A stretch of DNA of 64,000 nt, from the NCBI GenBank assembly GCA_023700255.1, contig JAJPRD010000003.1:41779-105778 (forward strand). Reading direction: 5' to 3'. This DNA is from Candidatus Thalassarchaeaceae archaeon (lineage in GTDB: Archaea; Thermoplasmatota; Poseidoniia; Poseidoniales; Thalassarchaeaceae). The position numbers were made by a program, and so were the translations under genes. The notes beneath the pieces are model-generated. The model did not search any database and had not been told where the DNA came from. It saw only the letters and a list, made by a program, of their open reading frames with translations. This document shows positions 20,719-31,500 of the stretch, piece by piece. Within the stretch, counting starts at the first letter, position 1; every line of letters starts with the position of its first letter.

Positions 20719-20795
20719 ATTGATGAGATTTAATCAAACATTAGTTATGCACGGGCTCCCAAATTGGTTAAATCCGCATTCTAATACGGTAAAAC

Positions 20796-23700
20796 ATGTC
20801 AAAGCGTCGTGCAAGAAGTTCGTTCCTCGTTTTTCTAATGTTATCTAGTGTCCTTATTGCTTTAGTAGGGCCCGCCACTCCAGTAATGGCTAACAATGAA
20901 ACAACCGCTGGAACTATAACAACATCAGAAACTTGGTCTGGTACTCATCAGTTAACAGGAGATGTAACGATTGCTTCAGGTGCCAAGTTAATTATTAATC
21001 CTGGAACTACGGTTATTTTCCCTAATGGTACTTATTTAGATGTAAGAGGTAATATTTGTGCTGGTGTATCCTCATGTGGTGCATCTGGTGATGCTAGTAT
21101 AGCAAACAAAATTACTCTCCGTTGGACTGATCCTTCAAACTCTAGTGCGATTGGTGAATGTAAAGGCATGATGCAAGGTACTCAGGAGATTCAGATCGAA
21201 GATGCTTCATGTTTTGAGGGAATGCTAATCCGTAGTTCGATTGATTTGTCTGAAACTGGATTTAGGCATATTACAATTGATGATGCTTGGGGGATTCCTT
21301 ACTATATCGATTCTATTAGCCGATGGCGATATGGTGCCATGGTTATCGATGGAGCATCGCCTACATTAACTCAAATGCGTTTCACAAACATCAATACAAG
21401 CAGTGTATTAACTACTAATCTCGCTCAACCTACATTTGAAGGTGGTACTTATGTTGCAGGAAATGACGGCAAGAGTGGTGTTGGTGGTTCTGCCGTACAG
21501 ATATATGGTTCAGGGACTCAAATATCACCACTTGTTATGAATTCACCATTTTTTATTGGCACTGATAATGGTTGTGGCAATAACGATGGTGGCCGACCAA
21601 CTCTTTGGGCAGAAGGCACCTTTATCGAAATTAATGATGCTACTGTTAACACCGGTGATTATGGTTTTTCTCTAACAAGTTCATCAGGACTTATTACCAA
21701 TTCAGATATCAATGTTAACTGTAATGGTATCGACATAAATGGAATTAAAGCAGTTCAAGGTGTTGAATTTACTATTGAGGTTGGCAATAATGAGATAACA
21801 ACTGATACAGGTACTGGGATAACCGCTTATGATGGTGCGAATGTTGAGTTACATAACAATGAAATCTCAGGCGTAGGTGAACGTTCAGGGATCACTGTAC
21901 AATCAAGTAAAGCATATATTCACCATAATGAAATTGGACCAATAGGTGGATGGAATGGTTTATGGTTAACTGGTACTTTTGATGTAATAGCAGAATATAA
22001 TACTATTTCGGAGACAGCTAAAACTCCAATACAGGTTGGAGAACCGAGCAGTTCAGGGCCCGCTCCATCAGCATCAAGACTTCACTTCTCGAACAATACT
22101 GTGAGCGTCAATTCACCCGGGACTTGCTCTAGCTTCCAATATTGGGGTGGGGAATATACTTGTCCGGCAGTCAGTCTTTTCCGTTCAGGAGTGACCCTTT
22201 ACGATAATGAATTCAGTATGGGCGGAGATGCTGATGGAATTAGGGCAATCGGAGGGCTTCTAGACGTTCAAAGAAATTTATTTAATACACCAGGTACTGG
22301 TGCAGTAATTCGTAATTATGATAGTGGTTTTGCTAATACTCAACAATATGGCTCACTCGGATTCTTTTCTCTTAATACATGGAATGGTGTTGAAACTGCT
22401 TATAATGTGACAAAATCCTCTGTAACAGTTCAATCCGAATTTATCCCTAGTTCTCCACCGGGTAATTTCCCCGTAATTCTTGACTGGCCTGATCAAGAAG
22501 CATGGCCAGCAAATGGTTTCCAAGGTTCAATTATGCCAACTCAAATTTCAGAATGTGCAAGTTGTGCTAACTTGACACCGATTAATTTCCCATTAGCAAT
22601 TAGTATGGATAATAACTCTACTGTCTTTACATTCGCAAATTTATCTAATGTTGATACTTCAAAGATTTTTATTAAATCTCAACCAACACAATATGCAGTT
22701 CAAGTACGTCGAGCGGAAATGGTAAGGTTCCAAACATTAGTTGATGGAATGAAAGTTGAAAATACAAATGTGCTTATTGAAGATGCACTCGGTAACGATC
22801 TTTATTCCCTATATACCGATCAAGACGGCTACACACCATGGTTTGCCTTAGCATCAGATTCACATCTTGATTTCAGAGGATTAGCAGGAGGGGATAACCC
22901 AGATGGTTTTGCAGATGATGAATATGAAGATTCATGTTCCGATGGTATCGACAATGATGGAGATTTAACCATTGATGACGACGATTTAGATTGTGATTAT
23001 ACTACAGGTACCCGCGAGTTATCTCGTTATTATTTCACTGCATATCGTTTTGGATTTGGCTATGCACGCAGTGATTTTGTGATACAAGATGTGACCTATC
23101 AAGATACCATTAATCTATTAAATTCTGGACCATCTGTATCTGTAGTTCAAAACAATGGTCATTCCTTCAGAAAAATAGTAAATTTCACCGGTTCCGCGCA
23201 TGATGGTCAATTAGCAGGTTTTTACGCCACTGATTCTCTAGCTCAATGGGATCAAAAAGGATATATTCATTCAATTGAGGTACGAGATCCATTCACAAGC
23301 GAATGGGAATCTGCTGGACTTGGAGTTGACGATAGCGGAGCAGAACCGGGAACTGTGACTCGATTCAATCATCCATTCAATTCTTGGCACTATTCATTTG
23401 ATATGTCTAATTACCAAGAAACTGACTATACTTTCGAATTTAGATCATTTGATGGTATTGACTACAGCCCAATTATTTCTAGAACAATTAAGCTTAATGC
23501 GGCTCCTCCTATAATCACGATTTCTTCTCCTAGTGATGGTTCTACTTGGTCCGACGGTTCAGTGACTTTCGAAGGAACTGCATATGATCAGTATGGCTGT
23601 CCAATTGATTGTAGTAACGATATAGGTGAAGTTTATTTCTACATCAGTGGGCCTAATTTTGAAGGTACAACGCCAACATCAGGTGGTGCTGATTGGTCAT

Positions 23701-25001
23701 GGACATGGGATTTCAGCGGACAACCTAGAACATCAGCTGAATATACATTTACAATATGGGCATCAGATTCAGACTTTTGTTTGAGTGTAATTGATGAATG
23801 TGATGCAGTTACAATGACTCTAACTATTGATAACTCTAATTCCATACCTTTCATTAGTTTATTATCTCCTCAAGATGGTGAAAGACTTTCAGTTTCAGAT
23901 ACAACAATTAACGGAGTTGCGAGAGATAATGATGGTTCAGTTTCTAGAGTAGATATAACTGTAAGAGATATTTACAATGGCGGGATAATTGTTCATCAGC
24001 AGTCAGTAACTGATTTTGAAGATAATGGTGCTTGGTCAACTGATTGGGACCCTACTATTCTTCAACATGACTTTGAGTATGCTATCGACATAATGTCGTA
24101 TGATGGTTATGACTTCAGTGAGATGAGTACAATCACTATTACTGCAGATAATCCCTCAGATGCGGGTAATAATCAGCCTAGTTTTAATTCAGACGGGTGG
24201 TCTCAAGAAATAGTACTATACTGTGAAATTTCTTCTCAGTCCCAAGATAGGTGCACTAAAGGTGAAATTGATTTAAATCAATTTTTCTCTGACTTAGATA
24301 GCGGGCAAGATTTGATTTTATCTGTTTATGATGACTCTAATGATGATTCTGATGATGATTATGCACTAGTAATTAATGTAGGTCAAGATGGAATTGGTAT
24401 CTATGACCCTATATCTATGTTCTTTTATGATAGTGATATGAGCACTTGGACACTTGAAAATGTCATTTTCGTGGCGACTGATCCATTCGGTTCAAAAGAA
24501 ATTTCTATTCCAGTTACTTTCAGAGTCATTGGAGTCACTTTTGAGATTTATAATCCAGAAGTGACAGTCATTCAAGATGGTGAAATGATATTTTTCTCAG
24601 GAATAGGTCTTCCTGGAAGGACGGTTGAAGTTCTCATAAAGAATAGCCCTGTGAATCTGACTATAGTCAATGCTGATTCATCTTGGGAAGTAGGCATTCC
24701 ATCTTCTAGATTCAGCGATGGTCCAGTGACCCCTGTATTCAAATTTGGAGATGAATATTATGAAAGTAGTGTTAAAATTTCTGTAGGTGACTCTGATGAA
24801 GGTTTATCTAAACTTCTATGGCTTGCAATTATGTCAATTCTAACTCTCGGTCTATTAGGTGCAGCATTTGTATATTTCTTTGTAGAAATAGATGATGGCG
24901 AAAGTACTGATGATTCATCCGAAATAATAGAGGAATCTGAAGGATGGATTTGGGATGAAAGTTCGAATGACTGGATAGAAGATCCAGATTATGAATCTTG
25001 A
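20796..25001 (+). CDS. Large surface protein: right-handed parallel beta-helix, Cys/Asp metal-binding motif, tandem Ig-like domains, C-terminal TM and Trp-rich acidic tail
   Basis: Signal peptide; beta-helix repeats (VGNNEITT, LHNNEISG, IHHNEIGP, AEYNTISE); Ig modules P.ITISSPSDG...VTFEGTAYD and SLLSPQDG...INGVARDNDG; TM near the C-terminus. Confidence 0.8.
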   Translation: MSKRRARSSFLVFLMLSSVLIALVGPATPVMANNETTAGTITTSETWSGTHQLTGDVTIASGAKLIINPGTTVIFPNGTYLDVRGNICAGVSSCGASGDASIANKITLRWTDPSNSSAIGECKGMMQGTQEIQIEDASCFEGMLIRSSIDLSETGFRHITIDDAWGIPYYIDSISRWRYGAMVIDGASPTLTQMRFTNINTSSVLTTNLAQPTFEGGTYVAGNDGKSGVGGSAVQIYGSGTQISPLVMNSPFFIGTDNGCGNNDGGRPTLWAEGTFIEINDATVNTGDYGFSLTSSSGLITNSDINVNCNGIDINGIKAVQGVEFTIEVGNNEITTDTGTGITAYDGANVELHNNEISGVGERSGITVQSSKAYIHHNEIGPIGGWNGLWLTGTFDVIAEYNTISETAKTPIQVGEPSSSGPAPSASRLHFSNNTVSVNSPGTCSSFQYWGGEYTCPAVSLFRSGVTLYDNEFSMGGDADGIRAIGGLLDVQRNLFNTPGTGAVIRNYDSGFANTQQYGSLGFFSLNTWNGVETAYNVTKSSVTVQSEFIPSSPPGNFPVILDWPDQEAWPANGFQGSIMPTQISECASCANLTPINFPLAISMDNNSTVFTFANLSNVDTSKIFIKSQPTQYAVQVRRAEMVRFQTLVDGMKVENTNVLIEDALGNDLYSLYTDQDGYTPWFALASDSHLDFRGLAGGDNPDGFADDEYEDSCSDGIDNDGDLTIDDDDLDCDYTTGTRELSRYYFTAYRFGFGYARSDFVIQDVTYQDTINLLNSGPSVSVVQNNGHSFRKIVNFTGSAHDGQLAGFYATDSLAQWDQKGYIHSIEVRDPFTSEWESAGLGVDDSGAEPGTVTRFNHPFNSWHYSFDMSNYQETDYTFEFRSFDGIDYSPIISRTIKLNAAPPIITISSPSDGSTWSDGSVTFEGTAYDQYGCPIDCSNDIGEVYFYISGPNFEGTTPTSGGADWSWTWDFSGQPRTSAEYTFTIWASDSDFCLSVIDECDAVTMTLTIDNSNSIPFISLLSPQDGERLSVSDTTINGVARDNDGSVSRVDITVRDIYNGGIIVHQQSVTDFEDNGAWSTDWDPTILQHDFEYAIDIMSYDGYDFSEMSTITITADNPSDAGNNQPSFNSDGWSQEIVLYCEISSQSQDRCTKGEIDLNQFFSDLDSGQDLILSVYDDSNDDSDDDYALVINVGQDGIGIYDPISMFFYDSDMSTWTLENVIFVATDPFGSKEISIPVTFRVIGVTFEIYNPEVTVIQDGEMIFFSGIGLPGRTVEVLIKNSPVNLTIVNADSSWEVGIPSSRFSDGPVTPVFKFGDEYYESSVKISVGDSDEGLSKLLWLAIMSILTLGLLGAAFVYFFVEIDDGESTDDSSEIIEESEGWIWDESSNDWIEDPDYES

Positions 25002-25061
25002 TGATTCAATTACGAAACTTAACCACCGAAACTTCATGAGGTATTACAGATTGCTGAGTCC

Positions 25062-27596
25062 ATGACTAGTATGGGAGTGGCCACTCGTCCCGGTGTCCAA
25101 GAGAGGATTCTCTTACATCTTAGAGACTATGTGGAACACTCTGGGAGAGTTGAAGTACCTTTTGCTCTTTCTCAAATGGGCATAGCCAATGCTGTAGCAA
25201 TAGCGCGATCAAATGTCCCTAGGGCTATATCTGGCATGAGGGAGCAGGGACTTCTTGTTGAGAAACAGGCTCATGTTACTGGTGTTTCACGTAAAAGAAA
25301 AGCATATTTTCTAACTGATGATGGGATTAAAGTTGCCAATGGTATTTGGGATAAAGTTAGTGCTCAACCAGTACGCTTGAAACATTCAGATGGTCGTATA
25401 GATAATGTATCACTTGTTAATGCATTAGAATTAACTAATTTACCTCTAAGACATGTTGATATTTTGAGGTATATTGACGATAATGGTAGTATTGATTTAT
25501 CGATACTTTCTGCTGAATTAATTGAGCGTGATTTATCTAAACATATTGAAAAACAGTTGGTGACATCTTTCAATGATCTCCCTCGAACCAGGAAGTTCTT
25601 TGGTAGGGAGAAAGAAGTTGATGACATGGTAAAATTGCTTGAAGTGAGGTCCTCTTCTATACTTGTGCCGGGGATAGCTGGAATAGGAAAAACCGCCTTA
25701 GCCGGTAAAATACTTGAACGTTTTACTCATGAAAGAAATCTTTTATATCACCGCTGTCAAGACTGGGAAGGGTCGAGATCATTCCTTGAAGCTACTGCTG
25801 AATGGCAATCTACAATGGGTTGTAACGATTTATCTGATTATTTATCAGCTACTTCAATCCCTCAATCTAATATAGCTATAGATTTGATATTAAAAGGTCT
25901 AATTAATTCACCTAGTTTAATTGTAATTGATGACTTACACAAGGTGGGTGATGAAACTTTAATTACTATCTTAAGAGGCATTTGTATGAAAATACCTGAT
26001 CTTGATCAGGTCGGTGTAGTTATGTTTTCTAGGTCGTTCAGAATGGTGGTTCCAGAGAAAGATTCAGAGGGTAAAATCTTAACTTTAGTAATGCCATTAG
26101 ACGGTCTAGATAAAGAGTCCAGTAAACAAATTCTTTCATCTATGCCAGATATGGATTCCTCCGAATTCCTTCATATTTATTCTCTTTCACGTGGTCATCC
26201 ACTAGTTTTAGAATTAATCAATAGAGGAAGTGTTGGTGGGACATTCCATGCTACTTTAGAGACATTTGTCGAGAAAGAAATTTTTAGCCGTTTATCTGGT
26301 CCTCAGAAAAGACTTCTTGGAGCTATTGCGGTATTTAGAGAGCCTATGCCTTTAGACGCTCTCAGTGAATTAGATGCAGCGATTGATCTTTTAGATGAAT
26401 TGGTCGAAAAAGGATTAGCGCGACAGGCGGATAGTGAAAATTATGATGTTCATGACTTAGTTCGTGAATTCTTAGTCTTATCAATGGAGCAAAATTTACG
26501 TAATGAATTACATAGTAATGCAGTTAATTGGTATAGGGACCGTAAAGAGAGTGCAATGGATAGAATAGAGTTTATTCATCATCTTCATAATTCTGATCAA
26601 ATTGATGAGCTAACAGTGGTATTATCAACCGAGGGTCATACATTAGTCAAAGCAGGCCATACTGAACTCTTGGGGATATTAAGATCATTAGATAGAGAAG
26701 GTTTTGATTCGAAATCGTGGGTTATTGTTCGAGAACTTAGAGGAGATATTTTATCAATTCAAGGCAGGTGGAATGATGCTGAAAAAGAGTATGATTCTGC
26801 TATACCGATAGCTCGTAAAAATAAGCAAAACAAAGAACTTGCTAGGCTGCTATCATCTCGCGCTGATATAGCAGTTAAGAGAGGAGCCATGGATGATGCC
26901 TTAGAGCTGCACAGACAGGCTCTTGAAATCCAAATAAGTACTAGAGATGCAGTTTCTGCGGCTAGATCTTACAACAATATGGGTTATATTTTCCGTCGCC
27001 GCCGTGATAATAGGCACGCTCTAGAAGTTTATGGCAATGTAGAAGAATTGTTAGAATCTGAAGATAATCCCGAATTATGTGATTCACGTATCCGACTTGC
27101 ATCTGCTTTTCTAGAAATGGGTGAATTAGATCGTGCAAGAGACCATGCAATGTTAGCCCATGATGAAACTAAAAACAATGGACAAGATACCTTACATGCC
27201 AGAGCAAGAGCAGTATTGGGTAGGTATTATGCTAAAATAAAAGATAATGATTTAGCTATGCTACATTATTCAGGTGCTTTAGAAATACTTTCTGAACAAG
27301 CAGATCCACATAGCGCTGTAGAAGTTGAAATGTTACTGGGTCAAGTTCTTACTGATGCAAGTAGGAAAGAAGAGGCCTCTGAACATTATTTGAAAGGGCT
27401 CGCTTTAGCCGAAGCTAATGATTTCCGCCATTTGAAAGGTGAACTTTTAGCACGCCTAGGTGAAGTTGAGACTGACAGGTCACAAAGAATGGAATATCTT
27501 CAAAAAGCTCTATCTGTATTTAGGGAATTAGGGGCAAATGATCGTATGAAAGAAGTTCAAAACTCGGTTCATCGAGTAGTGATGGGTCATAGATGA
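25062..27596 (+). CDS. Winged-HTH + STAND (NB-ARC/MalT-like) NTPase + TPR repeat protein
   Basis: N-terminal wHTH (SQMGIANAVAIARSNVPRAISGMREQGLL...AYFLTDDG); FFGREKE; Walker A GIAGIGKT (25671); Walker B LIVIDDLH; GHPL; VHDLVRE; C-terminal TPRs (ARSYNNMGYIF etc.). Confidence 0.88.
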   Translation: MTSMGVATRPGVQERILLHLRDYVEHSGRVEVPFALSQMGIANAVAIARSNVPRAISGMREQGLLVEKQAHVTGVSRKRKAYFLTDDGIKVANGIWDKVSAQPVRLKHSDGRIDNVSLVNALELTNLPLRHVDILRYIDDNGSIDLSILSAELIERDLSKHIEKQLVTSFNDLPRTRKFFGREKEVDDMVKLLEVRSSSILVPGIAGIGKTALAGKILERFTHERNLLYHRCQDWEGSRSFLEATAEWQSTMGCNDLSDYLSATSIPQSNIAIDLILKGLINSPSLIVIDDLHKVGDETLITILRGICMKIPDLDQVGVVMFSRSFRMVVPEKDSEGKILTLVMPLDGLDKESSKQILSSMPDMDSSEFLHIYSLSRGHPLVLELINRGSVGGTFHATLETFVEKEIFSRLSGPQKRLLGAIAVFREPMPLDALSELDAAIDLLDELVEKGLARQADSENYDVHDLVREFLVLSMEQNLRNELHSNAVNWYRDRKESAMDRIEFIHHLHNSDQIDELTVVLSTEGHTLVKAGHTELLGILRSLDREGFDSKSWVIVRELRGDILSIQGRWNDAEKEYDSAIPIARKNKQNKELARLLSSRADIAVKRGAMDDALELHRQALEIQISTRDAVSAARSYNNMGYIFRRRRDNRHALEVYGNVEELLESEDNPELCDSRIRLASAFLEMGELDRARDHAMLAHDETKNNGQDTLHARARAVLGRYYAKIKDNDLAMLHYSGALEILSEQADPHSAVEVEMLLGQVLTDASRKEEASEHYLKGLALAEANDFRHLKGELLARLGEVETDRSQRMEYLQKALSVFRELGANDRMKEVQNSVHRVVMGHR

Positions 27597-27629
27597 TTGA
27601 TGTATTTCTAAAATTTTGTTTAAATTTTT

Positions 27630-28418
27630 TTAACCAGCAATTATTTTAAAATTGGGACCATCTTGTCCGGAAATAAATATTGACCCTTCAAAATCATCTG
27701 ATATTTGCATCAAAACTTCACTTTCAGCTATATGCGGAGCATTATTTTTATCAGATAAATGACATAACACTATAGTTTTAAGATCTGGAGTCAGAATTTC
27801 ACTAAGTATATCTGCTGTTTGGCTATTCGATAAATGTCCTCCTCTACCTGTGATTCTTCTTTTCAATGAATCAGGATATGGTCCTTGCATCAATCGTTGA
27901 TGGTCGTAATTAGCTTCAATGGATATATGTGAACATCCTTTCAAGTGCCTTTTTAATTCTACAGTTGCTTCTCCTAAATCTGTGACAAAACCTGCTCTTA
28001 TACCATCTCCATTACTTACAATTAATGCAATATTTTCTGCATCATCATGAGGTACTGGAATCGGTAAAACACTAAGATTTCTACTAATTTCTAATCTTTC
28101 TAAGTTTGCGAATGTTCTGCATTCAGATATTGGATTCCATCCCATTTTTATTGCGGTTTCAGTATTTGAGTAGAGTCTTGCATTCCACTTTTCCGATGCT
28201 CTCAGAGCAGATTTCGAATGGTCACCATGGTGGTGAGTTACAATGATTGCATCTATGGTTTTGGGGTCAATACTTATTCTTGACAATCTCAATTCAGTTT
28301 GTTTAAGTGAGAACCCACAATCAATAAGAATTTTTGAATCATTCGATACTATAAGCGTAGCGTTACCTCTACTCCCTGACCCTAGGTGAGTAATCTCTAA
28401 TCCCATATCAATCATCAT
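27630..28418 (-). CDS. Metallo-beta-lactamase fold hydrolase, YycJ/WalJ-like
   Basis: LGSGSRGN, LIDCG, THHHGDH, VPHD, TDLG, IEANYD, GHLSN, LCHLS. Confidence 0.9.
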   Translation of the reverse strand: MMIDMGLEITHLGSGSRGNATLIVSNDSKILIDCGFSLKQTELRLSRISIDPKTIDAIIVTHHHGDHSKSALRASEKWNARLYSNTETAIKMGWNPISECRTFANLERLEISRNLSVLPIPVPHDDAENIALIVSNGDGIRAGFVTDLGEATVELKRHLKGCSHISIEANYDHQRLMQGPYPDSLKRRITGRGGHLSNSQTADILSEILTPDLKTIVLCHLSDKNNAPHIAESEVLMQISDDFEGSIFISGQDGPNFKIIAG

Positions 28419-28546
28419 AATGGGGATGCGTTTAGCCCTTGAATCAATCTGTATTTTATGAATAAATCAATTACTTTTGATAGGGTAAATCTTAATCCGT
28501 ACTCACAGAATAATCTGTTCTTGTCCGAACGACGCTCCATCATGGT

Positions 28547-28590
28547 CATAAATACATGAAAGTCGCTAAGGGTAGTTAAGAGGAGGTGAT
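28547..28590 (+). promoter_or_regulatory. Putative TATA box and extended SD of the 1906-aa gene
   Basis: CATAAATA near 28547; AGGAGGTGAT at 28581-28590, 3 nt before ATG 28594. Confidence 0.6.
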
Positions 28591-28593
28591 ACC

Positions 28594-31500
28594 ATGAGGC
28601 GCAAACAAACAGCTCTACTTATGACAGTACTAATTCTCTCAAGTTTAGCCTTTGTTTCTCAAACTCGTCCTCAGGCTCCTGTAGAAAATACCAACCCTGG
28701 AGATGCTGCTGGAGGTGGACCTCCAGTAACCGATGAAGATGGTGATAGAATACCTGATTTTCATGAATCGGTATTATTTGGAGAAGATATCATGTATGAT
28801 ACTGGCTCCGAAATATTACAAATTTTCGGATTAGATTCTAAAAATGGAACAGATAATATGTCTGATCATGACAATGACGGTGCTAGCGCTTTACTAGAAT
28901 ATTGTTGGCCCTATACTTTAGATAAATGTTTCACTGATAGAGTTGCTTTAACTGGTAAACCTGCTGAACTAAGTGATTCAGGATTCCGCGAATGGCTTGA
29001 CCCTAGAGTTGCAGATACAGATGGTGATGGGCTTCCTGATGGCTATGAAATCTATATGTGCACAGAAGGTGGTTTAGGATACCTTAACACTACTAGTGCT
29101 TGGAATTGTCTTTGGTTTGATCCCTTAGACCCTAGTGATATGTGGGAAGATATTGATCGTTGCTATGATTTTACATTTGGTTGTGGAGATGGTTTTGATG
29201 TCGATCGTAACGGAGTCATTGATCTGACTGAAATGTATTCGAATTCAGAGGAGTATATTTTTGGTGCACCAGATGATTGGATTACTGAAAGAGACGGTCT
29301 CTGGTGTTTTGGTGAGATTAATTTATTGATGCCTGGATCCTGTCAAACAGCAGTAGAGAGACAAACCGGAGATGGTTGGCTTGGTAGCGACCCGACTGAA
29401 TCTGATTCCGATTACTATTCATGGGCTGAAGTTATTTCTGTAGGCCTTGTTGTGCCAGGTGATGGTATACCTGATGGTTGGGAAGTACATTATGGGTTAG
29501 ACCCCCGAAATGCTAGTGACTCAATAATTGATACTGACTTAGATGGATGGGATTTAGATAGGGATGGTTATGTGATACCAGATACGTCAGTCGCAACATC
29601 AAGTTGGGGTGAATCATTCAGTAATTATGAAGAATATATGATTCATTATGATTCAGGTATTTCAGTCACACCTGGATTACGCAGCATTGAAATTTCTAAT
29701 TCAGAGGGTATATTTTCAACTTTCGATCAATCAACTGACCCTCAATTAGTTGATGCTTCAGTTCACACTATAATACCCGATAATCAAAGAGATCGTTTAA
29801 TCATAGGTTCGAAATATGGAATAACAATATTTGATCCTTTCAATGAGTTATCTACTCTCCAAGAATTACCTGCTGGTGTTGAACTTAAATCTATGATGAA
29901 ATGGTCTAACAATAATGGGGATTATCTTGTAATGTCTACGAATTATGGTGTATCAGTTATAGAAATTCAGAATGGCATTCCATTAATTGAATCATTTTCG
30001 ATTGGAGCTGATGAATCTAGTGTATCCATTAGTTCAGTCAATGAAATGGTAGTACTGAATACCGGTAGTAGTAATTTAGACCTAATGATATTTTCAAACC
30101 AAGATGTTTGGACAATATCAATTGCTGATTTATCAATTAGTACACCAGTTCATTTAGATTCCATATCAGAGTTGTTAGTGAACAATGCCGCCAAGGTCAA
30201 TACTGCATTACACATGGAAATGGATGGACGTGGTCCATTACTATTGATTGGTACTGATGGTGGTTTAGTTGCTTGGAATACTACTGATGGTTCAGACTCA
30301 ACTGGAGATCCATGGTGGGTTTTTAATAGGGAGAATTCAGAAAATTTTGTTAAAAAAGCGGATTTACTTAATGTTTCTAAATCCGCAATTGTCAATATAA
30401 TCACTCCAGCAGGGCCAAAAGATTCCTCAGGTAATTATGAATTAATTACTGGTGCTTGGATTGGCACCGCAGGAGGACTTCATCTAGTTGATATCGAGAA
30501 AATAATCTCTATGCCAATTCTCGCTTTCGATTCGGATAGAATGTGGAAAGAAGAAAATTGGTTGTCTGGTTCTAATGACATCCATTCAATATATACTATC
30601 AACAATCAAATCATTGTTGGGTCAAGAGATGGTACATGGGTTCTAGATGGAGGGTACCAAGGTGTCACTGGTATTTCAGATAATCAAACATATTTACCCG
30701 GTTTAGTAAGTTCACTAGTTACCCTTGAGTCATCTACTTCTGTACATTTGTTCGCAGGAATCTCACCTGGCAGATATATGAATATAATGCCAATTGATCC
30801 TCGATCATCTGATTCTGATCTTGATGGTATGCCAGATGGTTGGGAATTTATTCATGGTTTAGATCCTACTGATCCATATGATAGAGATCGTGACGCAGAT
30901 GCAGATGGTGTACACTATAATCCTGAAATCGGCGAAGGTATTGATAGAAGTTGGACTAATCTTGATGAATTCCGATTTATTACTAATTCAGAAAATGGAT
31001 TTAATGGTACTGATCCAAGAAATACAGATACTGATGGTGATGGCCTTAGTGATGGTGAAGAATATTGGGGTTGGTTTACGGAATCTACAAATTTCGATTG
31101 TCATTACCTTAATGAAGAATACATTTGTGATGAAGATGTAGGTATATTATCTCAGGCAGTTCACTTAGAAGGTTGGCTAGGTTCTGGGGCTGGTGGAGGA
31201 ACAGATGGACCCACTGATCCTACTAATATTGACACAGATAATGATGGTATGCCTGATGGATGGGAAATCTCTAATCGTCGCTGGATTGGTGATGTCTATA
31301 ATGGAGGTAATTTGTGGACATTAGATCCTATGGATCCTAGTGATGCAGATGGTGATGCAGATAATGATGGGTTATCAAATCTTTGTGAATATAAATGGTC
31401 TAACCTTTTACAAGTTGTTTCTCAAGAAGGACTTCCATCTCACGGTGAAACATCAGATGCCGCTTTAAATTGGACAGCAACTGATCCAAATAATATTGAT

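Noticed and set aside
25062..28418. STAND NTPase plus MBL hydrolase as an Avs1-like antiviral system
   Set aside because: The genes are convergent, not operonic. The MBL has ordinary YycJ/WalJ motifs and the STAND protein has an HTH rather than a protease or nuclease effector
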